A stretch of 64,000 bases of DNA from Lama glama (taxonomy: Eukaryota), in assembly GCA_028534125.1 (NCBI GenBank), contig CM052817.1:67210001-67274000 (forward strand), written 5' to 3'. Positions 13,621 to 26,828 of this stretch are shown in pieces. Each line of letters starts with the position of its first letter. The first letter of the stretch is position 1. The notes under the pieces were generated by a model. That model was given only the letters and a program-made list of their open reading frames with translations, had not been told where the DNA came from and did no database searches. Position numbers and translations under genes: made by a program.

Positions 13621-14629
13621 ATCAATCTCTATTTTTCTCATTTATGAATTTATTTTTGTGTTAATTAATTAACTTCTCTCAATCACACACACACGTGTGC
13701 ACACACACACATACACAATTCTATGCTCTAGTACAGGTGCTGGCAAACTTTTTTGCTAATTCAAAATTCCCCAGTGACACTCCATTGCCTGAGAATAGAT
13801 TTCCAAGGGCCAGCATAAAAGGAATGATCTGTCTCTTGCCTAGCTCTCCAACATACTTTTTCTTTTCCTCTAAGTTCCAAAAGCACTCAGGTTCTTGTAA
13901 TTTCTTACACATATCATCCATACCTTCTTCCTAAAATATTTATCTTCTTTACCTCTGTTCTTTTGCCTATTAACATCTATTTAATTTTAAAGCTGAGTTC
14001 AGAGGTCATCTCCCCCACAAAGCTTTCTCTGCTTATCTAGACCTTAAGGTGTCTTTCCCATTTACGCCTACAATACCCTGTGTATATTTTAGTCAGCACT
14101 TTCCAATTGCATTACAATTTTCTGATTATAGATTTAATCCCAAAATAGCATCAAACATGTTAAGGTTATAAATGGCACCTTACTTGTGTCTCTGACACCT
14201 AATCTATTTCTAGCCCATAATAGATATCAAGAAATGTGTGTTGAACTACTGTGGACTTGTTCTCTGTGCTCTGTGGAGGTTTATCACACATTGGGGTCAC
14301 TAGGAAGAGTCTGTGTCATCTACTCTTTCTGGTCTTCTTTTGGTTTTAAGTTGTTCTATTCCCACCCATGTCTATGAATATAAATTGAAATGTAAGTATA
14401 AATAATAAAATCATAAATATGTATTTAACCCTCTTTACTGAAGTCACCTTCTGACTTTCTCTTTGTCTCCCACTTCCACCCTCCCACTCCTGGCATCGCT
14501 GTAAGGACCTTCAAGAGCTGGATGAACATCATAGTATAAGTAGAAAAAGTAGAACCTTAGGACAAGAATTTGAGTTTAAAGTTACAAGGTAGACAAAGAA
14601 GAGAATGGAAAGAGTGAAAGGAATGTTTA

Positions 14630-14942
14630 CAAGCTAGCTGCCACCACTGAATACTGAAACTTAATTCCACTGAAGGTATTCCGGGAACCAGGGCAAAGCA
14701 CACACTGAGCCTTACACCACTTGAGGGGTGAGAGAGCTGGTTCCTTGTTGGTTAAGAGCTCTGTGGAGAAGGGCGGGCATTAATTTCCCAGCATTTTCAT
14801 CCTACCCCAGAGATAGCAAAGCAGGCTGCAAAAGCTAGGGGTGGCCTCAGGCCAAAAAAAAGCACAGGGGTTGGCAGTTAGAAGTAAAACTGGTAATTGG
14901 TCCTGATGAAGGAGTGGGGCAGGGCAGGCAGTGTCAGCTCCA
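14630..14942 (-). mobile_element. ERVL LTR-like (LTR33-type) fragment
   Basis: cattaatttcccagc…gcacaggggttggcagttagaagt…ggggcagggcaggcagtgtcagctcca resembles the antisense end of old ERVL LTRs. Confidence 0.45.
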
Positions 14943-14952
14943 GTAGATGGCA
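14940..14952 (+). promoter_or_regulatory. CTCF core motif
   Basis: CCAGTAGATGGCA matches CCASYAGRKGGCR. Confidence 0.4.
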
Positions 14953-15249
14953 ACTTTATCACTGTAGCCACACATTTTCTTGATGTAATGAGCCCTATTT
15001 ACATTCACTAGCATTTACATCATCCACTGATGGTTTTAGCTCCAATTTGGTCCTTGTCATTGCCCAGAACTTTTCTGCTTTTGAGGTATACATTCCAGTA
15101 TCTTATTTCCGAATATAATTTCTTATCCTTCTGGTATTCTTACTCATTTCCATAAGACCTGTCCCTCCCTCTAGAGTGAGCTTCAGTCACTGATGTCCAT
15201 TTTTACCAGCTCCCTTGTAGCTTTGATTCCGTCAGTAGAACACTGGCAG

Positions 15250-16420
15250 TTTATGGAACATCATTTCAATGATCATGTATTAGTCTCACCCTCCTTCCTC
15301 TACTCATTGCTCTTTGATTTCGCATACTTTCCAAATGCCCAATCATGAATAATTTTCAATATATGATGTCTCAACACCTATACCTTCCTGCTGAACGTTG
15401 CAAAAAGAAATCTTCTAACAGTACAGATTTGTGCCAGTAGAGATTTACGATTTACTCATAGCTGTGCCCTCCATACTATCCTGCAGTCTTATCATATTTA
15501 CTTAATGACCAACACCTCCCTCAAAATCTATTTGAAACTTGCATTTCCCTAACCTCTAAATTCTTCTTTTCTGTCTCCTTCTCAGTTATTGGACTTTATT
15601 ACTTTACTCCACACAGAAAAATCAAGACTATCGCCTTTGATTCTTGCGGGTTCTCATTTGCCTCCACTGTGTTTCTCATCACTCCTGTCTTTACCTTTTT
15701 CTGACAGTTTCAGATGAAAATGTGTCTCTCTCGCTCTCTTAGACCAAATCTGCTCTATTTTCTTCATTCTCTGTCTTGAGGACTTTGTTCCTTATTTCTC
15801 CCAACTTTTTGTTGAATCTTTAATTTATTATTATGTACTGACCCCTTCTAACCATTCAGACATGCACAAGGCTTTTCCGTTTCACAGGAACTCATAAATA
15901 CTCAAGATAAACACTAAACAAACACAGTATGCCCAATAGCTCTACACTGTTATTATTTGTTTGTTTGTTTTTTAAGTCACTAAAACCTCATCATCTTCAC
16001 TCTTACCTCTCACCTCCTGTTAAACACATCACCATTTTGCTTTTACCTTCACTGCTTTAAATTGATAAGCTGATTCACGACTTAATTCTAAATTCATGAG
16101 CACTTTTCAAGGGTTAACTTCATTGAATATCTTGGTGCCATTTACCACTGTTGCTTATTTCTTTACTTTTTAAACTCTTTTCACCAACGACTCTTATGAA
16201 AAATCATCTTTAGAATTGTTTCTTTCGTTTTGGCTCTCCCTCAGACCTCTCCACGCAGAATCTGCTTTTCTTGTCAGCTTTTTAAAAGTTGATGTTTGTG
16301 TCCTTGTCTTCTACCTACGACCTTGAATTCTTTATTCACTCAGCTGCCCCATAGCTGTGACTTTAAATGCCACCTGCCATGCTGCTACTTCCAAATGAAA
16401 TCTCCAGCCCAGAACCCACC
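15250..16420 (-). mobile_element. L2 LINE (degenerate)
   Basis: Long CT-rich tract ending ttccaaatgaaatctccagcccagaacc, a typical L2 motif. Confidence 0.55.
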
Positions 16421-16688
16421 AAACACACTAGCTACCTAAGAAAAAACTTAATTATGTACAATACGAAGAGTATGTCTTTTCCCCTCATGGACAGTCTAAG
16501 TGAGTGTCTAAATCAATACCCCAGTTTATACTAAAGTCTTTTGGGATATATGTTTGACTTGTTACTCACCCATTATTTATTCCTTTTTTGGAATGACTCA
16601 TTTACTTTCTAATAAATTTTTATCTGGCTCCCACCATGTGCTGAGCATCATCTGATGGTCCAGATAGCAAGGCCCTGTTCTCTAAGAA

Positions 16689-16890
16689 CCGGGATTGGTG
16701 ACTAATCCCCATGGGCCACAGGGGACTCACAGCCTGTTCTGATAACAAAAGTTAATTGGAACACAGCCACTCATTTGCTTGAATACTGTTTATGCTTGTT
16801 TTGTACTGTAATGGTGGAGTTGAGTATTTGTGATAGAGACTGCATGTCCCAAAGCCGAGAATATATACTGTCTCTTTACAGAAGAAAACA
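16689..16890. mobile_element. hAT-Charlie MER58A-like
   Basis: aaaagttaattggaacacagccactcatttg…gagttgagtatttgtgatagagactgcatg…ctctttacagaa. Confidence 0.8.
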
Positions 16891-17489
16891 CAGTGAGGTT
16901 GGAGCACAGATGTAGCGTTCTGTGGAGGATGTATTGAAGACTGACTTGTCTAAGGAGGTGAAGTTGAGAGGCTGTCACTGGAGGGCAGGAGAAAGATGGT
17001 GAGAGTCTCAAGGACTGTAGTGAGAGCAGAAGTGAAAAATACACATATTTCAGAAATACTTGCTAAGTAAAGTTAACAGGACTTGGTCATTACTTGGTTA
17101 GAGTGGTGATGCTAGGGGAGGCAGGAATTAAGTAGACTTCTCGGGTTTGTTATTTTGGTGGAAAGTGATGCCAACAACAGGGAAGGTAAACATAGCAAAT
17201 GCAGTCAGTTCTAGAAAGAATGAAAATCTGTGTAGGGAGGAGCTATTGCAGCATCATTTATCCTAGTTTTAGCCTTAAGGACACTGAGCAATTCTCCTCC
17301 TAAAGGCACTGATGAAGTTTCTGAGTATATAAGAGCTACCTTAGCTTTTAAATTAATGAAACTTTTAGCTATTTAGCATGTCAGTCATAGTCACTGAATC
17401 ATTTTGTATTTCTTTACACGACAGGATTTTGACTAACCCTGTGTGATTGATAGAAATTTACTATATAATTATAATCGTGACAAATAATG

Positions 17490-17720
17490 AAGAAACACAA
17501 AGGCACTGTGTGAAAGAGAGGAAAATAGACTTAAATAATAAAACCTAGAGTTAATTTTAGGCTTTGACACTCATTTGATAAGTGCCCTCTGGCAGGAAAC
17601 TGGGTCTCAGTTTCCTTACATGAAAAGAGGAATTATAAAATTAATACCAGTGGAGAAACAGTAATATGAAAAGTGCTTTGAAAATCATTCAATGCTACAT
17701 AAATGTAAATTATCATTATT
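17490..17720 (+). mobile_element. MIR SINE
   Basis: ctgggtctcagtttccttacatgaaaagagg…atgaaaagtgctttg. Confidence 0.65.
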
Positions 17721-17944
17721 GTAACCAGTTTAATTTACACAGAATATGACTGAAAGGTATCGAAACTGCTGACTTTGCTAACACACTTGCACATACATAT
17801 GCAAATATATACATATGTGGGTGGCAAACTCGAAATAAATCATTTTCATGTCCGTGAATGTATCTGAACTCTTAGTGTATGTAGGCATGTTTATTTTCAT
17901 TTCTTCATCAAAAATCTAAATGTATTACAATGGTATTAAACACC

Positions 17945-19455
17945 TTCACTAAAGGGTGTGGGGCAACAAGGTCTTGATCCAAGTAACTTTGGAAATGAGT
18001 GTAATCTGCACAAGGAAAGCCAAAAGGAGCTGTACGTAAATACTATGCTTTAGTTAACAAAGTTGTGTCCCATGAAAAGTGTGGGTTAACATTTCTGAAA
18101 ATACCATATCTGTATAGCAGAACTGAACAATTTAGTAAATGTGTGGCAGATGGTGAGAGCCCGATTTCTCACTACTGGAGTTGGGGGTTACAGTTGAGCT
18201 AGGGGAGAAGGCTAGAATGTTCTAGGTGATAATGAATTGGAGTTGAATACAACAGAATGAACTAAGTTTTTTATTTTATTTACTATGGATACAGATGGTA
18301 ACATGTGGAAACATTTACAGATACATGTATATACATAGCTCAGTATACACATGGATCATCTCCCTGCTCTGTTCATTGAGAGGGCCTAGAAGCCATAACC
18401 CTTAAGCAGAATCAAGCACATCTAGCATCTAGAACTTGGTTTCTAATACCATTTTCCAATCAAAGAAACCAAGATTTCTTGGAGAAATGCTAATTCTAGG
18501 ACTGTGAGAGGAAATATACAAGATGAGCTAGACCATTTTATAATGCAAGGAAGTACTTTTAAAAAATCCAAAACGCCTACAATGATGACTATGCCAAAGG
18601 AATACATGACCAAATTTTTTAAAAAATGACTAAAGCTAGAAAAATGTGAACAACAAAATAAAACGGATCATAACTCAAAGTATAAACTATATATCCGTGA
18701 ATCCATTCTGATAGAAAGGAATTATTGCATAAATAAATGTGGGGAAAGAATTGACAAATATCTTGTGAAGAATTCCAAATAATTTGTGTAGCTATTCCAC
18801 CCCTGAAGCATAGCTTTCCCTCTCTAAATGTGGGCTGTACACAGTGGTTTTCTTCCAAAGAGTACAATATGGAAAGGAAAAAGAAGAGTAACTGTACAGT
18901 GGAGAAACCTGACAAACACTACCCCAAGCTAGGTCATCAGTAGTGATACAGCATGTTTACGGTACGTACTCTTGAAATGACGTGATGAGACTGGCACTTC
19001 AACTCTGTGGTCTTCCTTCCAAAACCACTTCATCCCCATCTAATCATGAGAAAAAAATCAGACAAATCCCAACTGAGAGGCATTCTACAAAATACCTGTC
19101 CAGTACTCCTGAAAACTGTCAAGGTCATCAAAAACAAGGAAAGTCTGAGAAACTGTCTCTGATAAGAGGAGCCTAAGAATACATTTAAATAAATGTAATG
19201 TGGGGTATCTCAGATGAAATCCAGGAACAGAAAAAAACATTAGGAAAAAGCTATGGAATTCTGAATGCAATATCAACTTTAGTTAATAATGGTGTATCAA
19301 TATTGGTTCATTATTTCTAGCAAATATACTCTACTAATAAAAAGACTAACAGTAGGTAAAACTGGTTGTATGGTACATGGTAATTCTCTGTACTACCCTC
19401 ACTATTTTTCTGTAAATCTAAGGCTGTTCTACAAGTAAAATTTTATTTTTTAAGA
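17945..19455 (+). mobile_element. L1MC/L1MD-type 3' region
   Basis: ctcctgaaaactgtcaaggtcatcaaaaacaaggaaagtctgagaaactg…ttttctgtaaatctaag…ttttattttttaag. Confidence 0.85.
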
Positions 19456-19974
19456 AACATTTTATTTTGGATTGTTGGAGTTTCCAGTGTATCTTTATTT
19501 GCCCAAACATGGCCCCTTGGCCCACTTGCCACAGTTTACTGACCCCTGAATTACATCACCACAATGAGATCTTCAAATTTGGTTAAAATCCTGTCTGATG
19601 CCTGCCATGAATTTAGAAACAGAGTTAGAAATATACAAATCTAAGTTTAATTGTTAACCAAATATTCAGTGGTTATAAGATAAATTAATTATTCATCTCT
19701 GAAAAAAATCCTGTCATTCCTGTTTAAAGACCCTGAATTCATTTATACAATCAACAAGAATTTTTTGAAAACCTACCAGGTACCAAATGCTATATTGTAT
19801 GCTGGGCACAGAGAAAACATACAATCCAATAAAGCAAATAAGTTTAAATCTTGATTAACTTTTTATTCTAGAATGTCTAGTCATGAAACTCTTGTGTTAA
19901 TCTTTAGAGTATATTGCTTTCCTATGTCTATAAGACTTTAGAACTTTGGTTTTTAAAATTTGTTGGAATTAAAT

Positions 19975-20103
19975 GGGGTGATGATATTAACTTAATATAG
20001 TAATCATTTGACAAATATAAGTCAAATTATTATGCTGTACACCTTAAACTTACACAGTGCTGTGTGCCAATTATATCTCAATAAAACTGGAAAAAAATAA
20101 AAA
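19975..20103 (+). mobile_element. Short L1MA-type 3' end
   Basis: ttatgctgtacaccttaaacttacacagtgctgtgtgccaattatatctcaataaaactggaaaaaaat. Confidence 0.85.
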
Positions 20104-20708
20104 ATTTTTTATACTTGAAAGTTTTTTTACTCTTGAAAATTATGTTCCCCATTAAAATATTAGTTTCATATTGAATGTTTTCAAAACTGTGCTTAAAATG
20201 CTGAAGAGAAAGAAAATTTAGTGAACAAGATGGAAGACCTTGATTCAGTAAATGAAACACAGAATTGTAAATTGTCTTAATGATAAATAAGCAACTGAAA
20301 TTCAATTTTTATATATGCACATTTAAAACTCCTCAATCTTCTATAATTGTTTTAAGTTCCCTTGTTGTTAATTGTGTCTTCAACTTGCTTTCCACGTTAT
20401 CAGAAGCTCAGGCACACTGTGAGACTAGAAAGTGGTGTATGATCTTCCAGACTTTCTGTCTTGACTTGGTCACCTAGGTTTTGCATGCAGTTTTAGTTAA
20501 AAAAGTGGAGCACTACCTTCCACTAATCTATTTAAACAAAGCAGAACATGACATTACTAAGCACATTTTTAAAAATTCTATTTCTATTTTAAACTATGAA
20601 TTAATGAAAATGATGGTTATATCAACACTGCCCATAGAAAATCAAAGCATAAGCTGAATGCTGAGGCTGAGATCAGTTTATCATTGTCACTGATAAGCTC
20701 CTATTTTA

Positions 20709-21657
20709 TTTTATTTTATTTTATTTTTTGTTTTTTTTAACATCTTCCTGAAATCTTGTCACCTTTTTTTTTTAACATTTTGAATTGATTTATAATCATT
20801 TTACAATGTTGTGTCAAATTCCAGTGTTCAGCACAATTTTTCAGTCATTCATGGACGTATACACACTCATTGTCACAATTTTTTCTTTGTGAGTTATCAT
20901 AACATTTTGTGTATATTTCCCTGTTCTATACAGTGTAATCTTGTTTNNNNNNNNNNNNNNNNNNNNNNNNNNNNNNNNNNNNNNNNNNNNNNNNNNNNNN
21001 NNNNNNNNNNNNNNNNNNNNNNNNNNNNNNNNNNNNNNNNNNNNNNNNNNNNNNNNNNNNNNNNNNNNNNNNNNNNNNNNNNNNNNNNNNNNNNNNNNNN
21101 NNNNNNNNNNNNNNNNNNNNNNNNNNNNNNNNNNNNNNNNNNNNNNNNNNNNNNNNNNNNNNNNNNNNNNNNNNNNNNNNNNNNNNNNNNNNNNNNNNNN
21201 NNNNNNNNNNNNNNNNNNNNNNNNNNNNNNNNNNNNNNNNNNNNNNNNNNNNNNNNNNNNNNNNNNNNNNNNNNNNNNNNNNNNNNNNNNNNNNNNNNNN
21301 NNNNNNNNNNNNNNNNNNNNNNNNNNNNNNNNNNNNNNNNNNNNNNNNNNNNNNNNNNNNNNNNNNNNNNNNNNNNNNNNNNNNNNNNNNNNNNNNNNNN
21401 NNNNNNNNNNNNNNNNNNNNNNNNNNNNNNNNNNNNNNNNNNNNNNAAATGCAACTGATTTTTGAACATTAATTTTGTAACCTGCTACCTTGCTGAATTC
21501 TTCAATCAGCTCTAGTAGCTTTTGTGTGGACCTTTTAGGGTTTTCTATATATAGTAACATGTCATCAGCATATAATGACACTTTTACCTCTTCTTTTCCA
21601 ATTTGGATCCCTTTTATTTCTTTCTCTTGCCTGACTGCTGTGGCTTGGACTTCCAGG
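20709..21657 (-). mobile_element. Young 5'-truncated L1 with a perfect 20-bp TSD, spanning an assembly gap
   Basis: TSD actgataagctcctatttta at 20689-20708 and 21658-21677; RT peptide [44 protein letters not shown]; 3' UTR and poly(A) on the minus strand. Confidence 0.95.
20947..21446. other. Assembly gap (500 N)
   Basis: Directly visible. Confidence 1.
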
Positions 21658-21799
21658 ACTGATAAGCTCCTATTTTAAATGTTTGTATTAATCAAAATAT
21701 CTTTATTTTTCTCATCAACTGCCTGCAGAATGAGAAAATGGTATGGACTTTAAAAATAAAATCATGCTAACAAACCATTTCTCTTACTTAATCATATAG

Positions 21800-22200
21800 T
21801 AAGTCTTGACATAAGATTTTATTGGAGGAAATAAAGGGGAATTTCACTGAAAACTTTGAAATCCATAACTCTAAAAAAGTTAAATCTTACCTAGTGACTA
21901 TTACTTACCAGGGAATGAAAGAACACAGGAATAAGATGATTGCCTTGTATCAGTAATCATTGAGGAATTTTGGAAAAATTTGATAAAGAACCAATACAAG
22001 TCATTTCCCCTTATTTTCAAAAAGAGAAAGAAGGTAAACAACATAAACTGCAGAACTTAATAACTAGTCTAGGAAATTTTTATAAAAACATCAGACATTA
22101 TTTGTAAGCAGTTAAGAAAATAATTGATAATGATCAGAAGTGAGGAAGTGTATAAGAAATGTAAGTTATCACAATATAAATTTATTTTCTTTAGTGTTTT
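21800..22200 (+). mobile_element. CR1/L3 LINE fossil
   Basis: Sequence from ~22007 translates PLIFKKRKKVNNINCR, resembling the CR1 ORF2 motif PIFKKGKK..NYR. Confidence 0.6.
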
Positions 22201-22581
22201 TAACTTTAGCCTTTGAACTTGAAAAAAAATTATCCCATCCCTCAGAATCTGTGAGCAGAAATTTTTGGGAAGTGAATATTATCTAAGTGAGAAAACTTCA
22301 GGAATTCTACAGGATTTTTCCAATTTATCCTGAATCATAAGATAGCCCAAAGAGTATCAACCAATCACTAGGTATGAACTGTCTCCTCTTAGGTAAAATC
22401 TTGGGAGAGACATCTCCTCTCAGCTGAGAAATTCCAGTGGAGAGATTTATCTGTGAACCACCTGCAGCCAACGTGCCTGGCAGCTGGGAAATAAATGTCA
22501 TGGTTCTGATAAGAGCATTTGTGTAATGAACTACAGATTTACTACAAATATAACACACATTCTTGAAGCACATAAATCAGA

Positions 22582-25500
22582 CATCACCAAAAATGGCAGA
22601 GTAGGTTGCTTCAAGAACCCACCTCAACAGAGAAAGATTTAAAAAAAAAAATCCAGTTAAAACTGTTAGAATCAACATTGTCAGCATTCTGGAAAAGACT
22701 CAAAAGTTTATAACAATCCAGAGAATGCTTAATAAAGAAAAAAGACAACTTAAAAAACACTAGGAAATCTTTGTGACATTTTTACTTGTCCTCGCCCCAT
22801 GCTCTCCCTGGTATCCACATGGCAATCTTGAAGACGGCAGCCTATATTCCCAATGTGGAGCCCCGGTATTTGATTCCAGAAGTAGCAGAACAGAACTTTT
22901 TCTCAAAGAATTATGTTCATGTATATCTGTTTTAACATGGAGGATGGTCACCAGAAGGACTGATGCAAGGCATTTACCTTTCTTCCCCCTAACTCAGAGC
23001 TTCCTAAGAAAAGTCAGAGGTGGAAAAGCAGAATCATTTTTTCAAAAAGGAAAAAATGTAAAGCAAAGAAATATTCAGCAAAAGATTACAATTGTGTCGA
23101 ACAATAAAGTGCTGAAATCCTGGGGGTAGGGGAGACTAAGAAGAAGATTTCTTTGGGAAATTAAGGCATTCAGAGGTGCCTGCATAGGCTTGGGAACTTA
23201 GAAAGCAATCCATATGCCCAGGGCAGGCTGAATGCTCAGAAAAGATGTGAGAAGACCCTCAGCTATCTCTCTGACTTACCTCTAGGCTCACAGGCTCACA
23301 GCAAGCAAGAAGTGAAGGCTAAAGCACTGTTGTAAACGGCCTGGTTAAGCATTAATGGAGTGACCCAGCATAGAGCCAATCTGCAAAGACTGGGAGAGTT
23401 TGTTTCTCTCTTTTTCGCTTTGCTTCCTCTCTCTCTCTTTCTCTTTAGAGGTGAAATAAATCTATGTGAAAAACCAGAAAAACACAAGTTAAAGAAACAG
23501 ACTTTTTAGAAACCACACACACAAAAAAACAATATGGGTTTTACAAAAGTAGTTTAGAAACCACTAAATCCTAAACAAATAAACAACTACAGCACACAGC
23601 AGGCAACAAAAACAAACTCCAGGGAAGGGGAACAATCTAATATTTAGTTACCCCTATTATATTACTGAAAACTGTTCACTTTTCAAAAACAAAAAAATTA
23701 TAAACCCGGCAAAGAAAAAAGAAGGTGCGGACTATAAAAAAGAAAGATATTATAAAAAGAAATGAAACAGAAATTCTGGTGCTGAAAGGCCCAAGAAGTG
23801 AAATGAAAAACTCACTAGGGGATTTAAATAGAAGATCTGAGCAGACAGAAAAACAAAGCAGCAAACTTGAAGACAGGTCAACTAAAATTATTCACTCTGT
23901 GGACCAGAAAGGGAAAAGAATGAAAAGAAATGAACAGAGCCCAAGACTTGTGGGTCACATGTACATAATAGGAATCTCAGAAGGAGAAGATAGAGGAGCA
24001 GAAAGAATATTTGAAGAAATAAAGGAAAAAAATCTTCCCACTTTTGATAAAAGACACAAATCTACATATCTAATGAACACAACAAACTCAAAAAAATATG
24101 TAAACAGTAAGAGCTCAACATCAAGACAATCAGTGTTCAGAAGCCAAAGACAGACTTTTGAAAGCCACAAGAGAGAAGTGACTTACCATGTACAATGTAT
24201 TCTTAATACGGAAACAGCAGAATTCTCATTGTAAACAGTGGAGGTCAGAGGGATTGGGGTGATGTTTTTAAAATGCGGAAAGGGAAACAGGTCTTTCAAG
24301 AATTCTAAATCTGGTAAAACTATTTAAAAATAAAGGAGAAATGAGACATTTTAGATAAACAAAGCTGAGAGAGTTTGTGGCTAGTAAATTTGTCTGACCG
24401 AAAATACTAAAGGGAGTTCTTCAGGTTGAAATAAAAGAACAAACTTGAAGCCACATGAAGAAATAGAGAATTGCAGTAACAGTAACAACAGAAGTAAATA
24501 GAAAAGCCAAAATTCTTGTATTTCTGGTTTGTAAACTTTTTTTTTAAAAAAATTCTTATGATTTAAACAGACAAATGCAAAAAAGTTTGTAAATCTATAT
24601 TAACCAGAAAACTATATAAAGACACAATTTGTGATAATAAAACATAAAGTAGGCACGAGAGAGCTATATAGTGGCACAATTTCTGTATGATATTTCAACG
24701 AACTTGTATCAATTTAAACCAGACTGTCATAAATTTTAAGATGTTAATTGTAATCACTATACTAACCAGTAAGGAAATATCTAAAAAAATACACGAAAGG
24801 AAGTGATAAGGACATCAAAATGGTACACTGCAAAAATCAATTATACACCCATATTCACAGCAGCAATATTCACACTAGCAAAGAAGTGAAAGCAATTCAA
24901 ATATCCATTGGCAGATGAACAGATAAAAAACACGAACATACATAGAAGTGACATCATGTGATTTTGTCTTTCTCTGTCTGATCTACTTCATTATGCTGTA
25001 CACCAGAAACCCATACAACATTGTAAATCAACCATACTTCAATTAAAAAAAGAACACTTATATATGTACAATGAAATATTATTCAGCCTTAAAAAGGAAT
25101 GAAATCTTGTCAAGTGCCAAAACATAGTCTCCAAGTATTATGATCATCTCAATTGACAGAGAAAATCTAATATACACAATACAAACTACTCCAAACACTA
25201 GAGTAGAAGGGTTTCCTCAAAATTATAAAAGCTTTTTAGAGAAAGCCTAGAGCTAAGTCATACTAAATGATGAAAGGCCGAAATCTTTCCCTTAAATTCT
25301 GGAACAAGACAAGGATGCCTGCATTCACCATTGCTATTCCACAATGTACTGGAAGTTCTAACCAGAGTACTTACACAAGAAAAAGAAATAAAAGGCATCT
25401 AAATTAGAAAAGAAAAAATAAAACTATACCTACTCACAGATGACGTGACCTTTTACAGTAAAAAATCCCAAATAATTCACCAACAAAGCTAATAGAACTG

Positions 25501-26550
25501 ATAGAAAAAGTTCACCAAAGGCGTAGAACACGAGATTAACATGCAGAAATCTGTTCTGCTCCTCTCCACCTGCAGAGAAAATTTAAAAAGCAATTTCACT
25601 TACTCCAGCATCAAAAATAGTAAAATATCTAAGAATAAATTTAACCAAAGATGTGAAAGACTGAAAACTATCCTGAAAAATACAAAATACTGCTAAAAGA
25701 AATTAAAGAAAACTTATATAAATCATGCCATAGAACAAAGACTTTACATGAAACAAATTTTTCCATTATTTTCATTGTTTATATTATAATATTTAATTTA
25801 ATAACTTAAAATCAACATAAATTTATTGCAATTCATTCTGACTTATTTTATCTATTAGCTGTGGTATCTAATTCATCATGATCTTAGAAATTAGAACTCT
25901 CATACACCAATAGTGGGAATGTAAAACGGTGCAGCCACCATGGAAAACAGTTTGGCAGTTCCTGAAAAAGCTAACATACAATTACCATATGACCCAACAA
26001 GTCTACTTCCAAATATGTATCCAAAAAAACTGAAAATAGGAATTCAAAAGGTTCTTATAATCAATGTCCTTGTGACATTATTCACAATAACCAAAAGGTG
26101 GAAACAACCCAAGCATCCATCAGCAGGTGAATGGATAAACACGATGTGGGATATATACATACAATAGAATATTTTTCAGCCATAAAAATAAATAAAGTTC
26201 TGATACATGCTACAACATGGATGAACTTCAAAAACATCAGGCGAAGTGAAATTAGGGATGTCCAAAAGGACAAATATTGTTTAATTCCTTTTAAATGAAA
26301 TGTCCAGAATAGGCAAATTCATAGAGACAGACAGTAGATTAGAGGTTACTAGAATTTGATTAGAGGGGGAACTGGAGAGTTATTGTTTAATTGTTGCAGA
26401 GTTTCTGTTTAAGGTAGTGAAAAAGTTTTGGAAATTGTGATAATATTTGCACAATATTGTAAGTGCAACTAATGCCACTGTATTGTCTACTTAAAAATAG
26501 TGAAAAATGGTAAATTCTATGTTAATATATTTTGCCAAAATAAAAAAATT
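22582..26550 (+). mobile_element. Cluster of old L1 pieces (5' UTR, ORF1, ORF2 RT fragment, L1MB-type 3' end)
   Basis: ORF 23725-24234 is decayed L1 ORF1 (…IIGISEGEDRGAERIFEEI…). RT fragment at 25135-25725. The 25940-26167 ORF resembles the ORF2 C-terminus (LPYDP…WKQPKHPS…EWIN). 3' UTR runs to ~26550. Confidence 0.9.
24941..25051 (+). mobile_element. Small 5'-inverted L1 nested in an older L1
   Basis: Antisense L1 piece (24941-24990) joined to a sense 3' end with A-tail (24991-25051). Confidence 0.7.
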
Positions 26551-26781
26551 CTTAGAAGGGCTCTTTGTGTGGATGTGGGGAAGTGTCCACAAGGGAAAAT
26601 CTCCAATAATGGAAGTTATACAGAATAAATGTAGACTTTAAATTCCAACTTTAAAATTATAAATGAAAAGAGGCTTACACGTACATACTACACACACACA
26701 TATACACAACTTGTATTATCTTCATCAAAATGGTAACTTTGGTAAGTTATGAAATTTTCCCTTCCTTTATCTTTTGCATAG

Positions 26782-26828
26782 GAGTATTTTGCAGATGGGG
26801 AGAATAAAATTATTTGCAATCAAGTTTG
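26782..26828 (+). other. Candidate exon (47 nt)
   Basis: Strong acceptor tttcccttcctttatcttttgcatag; TTG|gtaaat donor; frame EYFADGENKIICNQV. Confidence 0.3.

Noticed and set aside
20811..21581. 174-246 aa ORFs
   Set aside because: Artefacts of the N gap; the only real part is an L1 RT fragment.
23725..24234. 169-aa ORF, the longest gap-free ORF
   Set aside because: Decayed L1 ORF1 that drifts out of frame; not a host gene.
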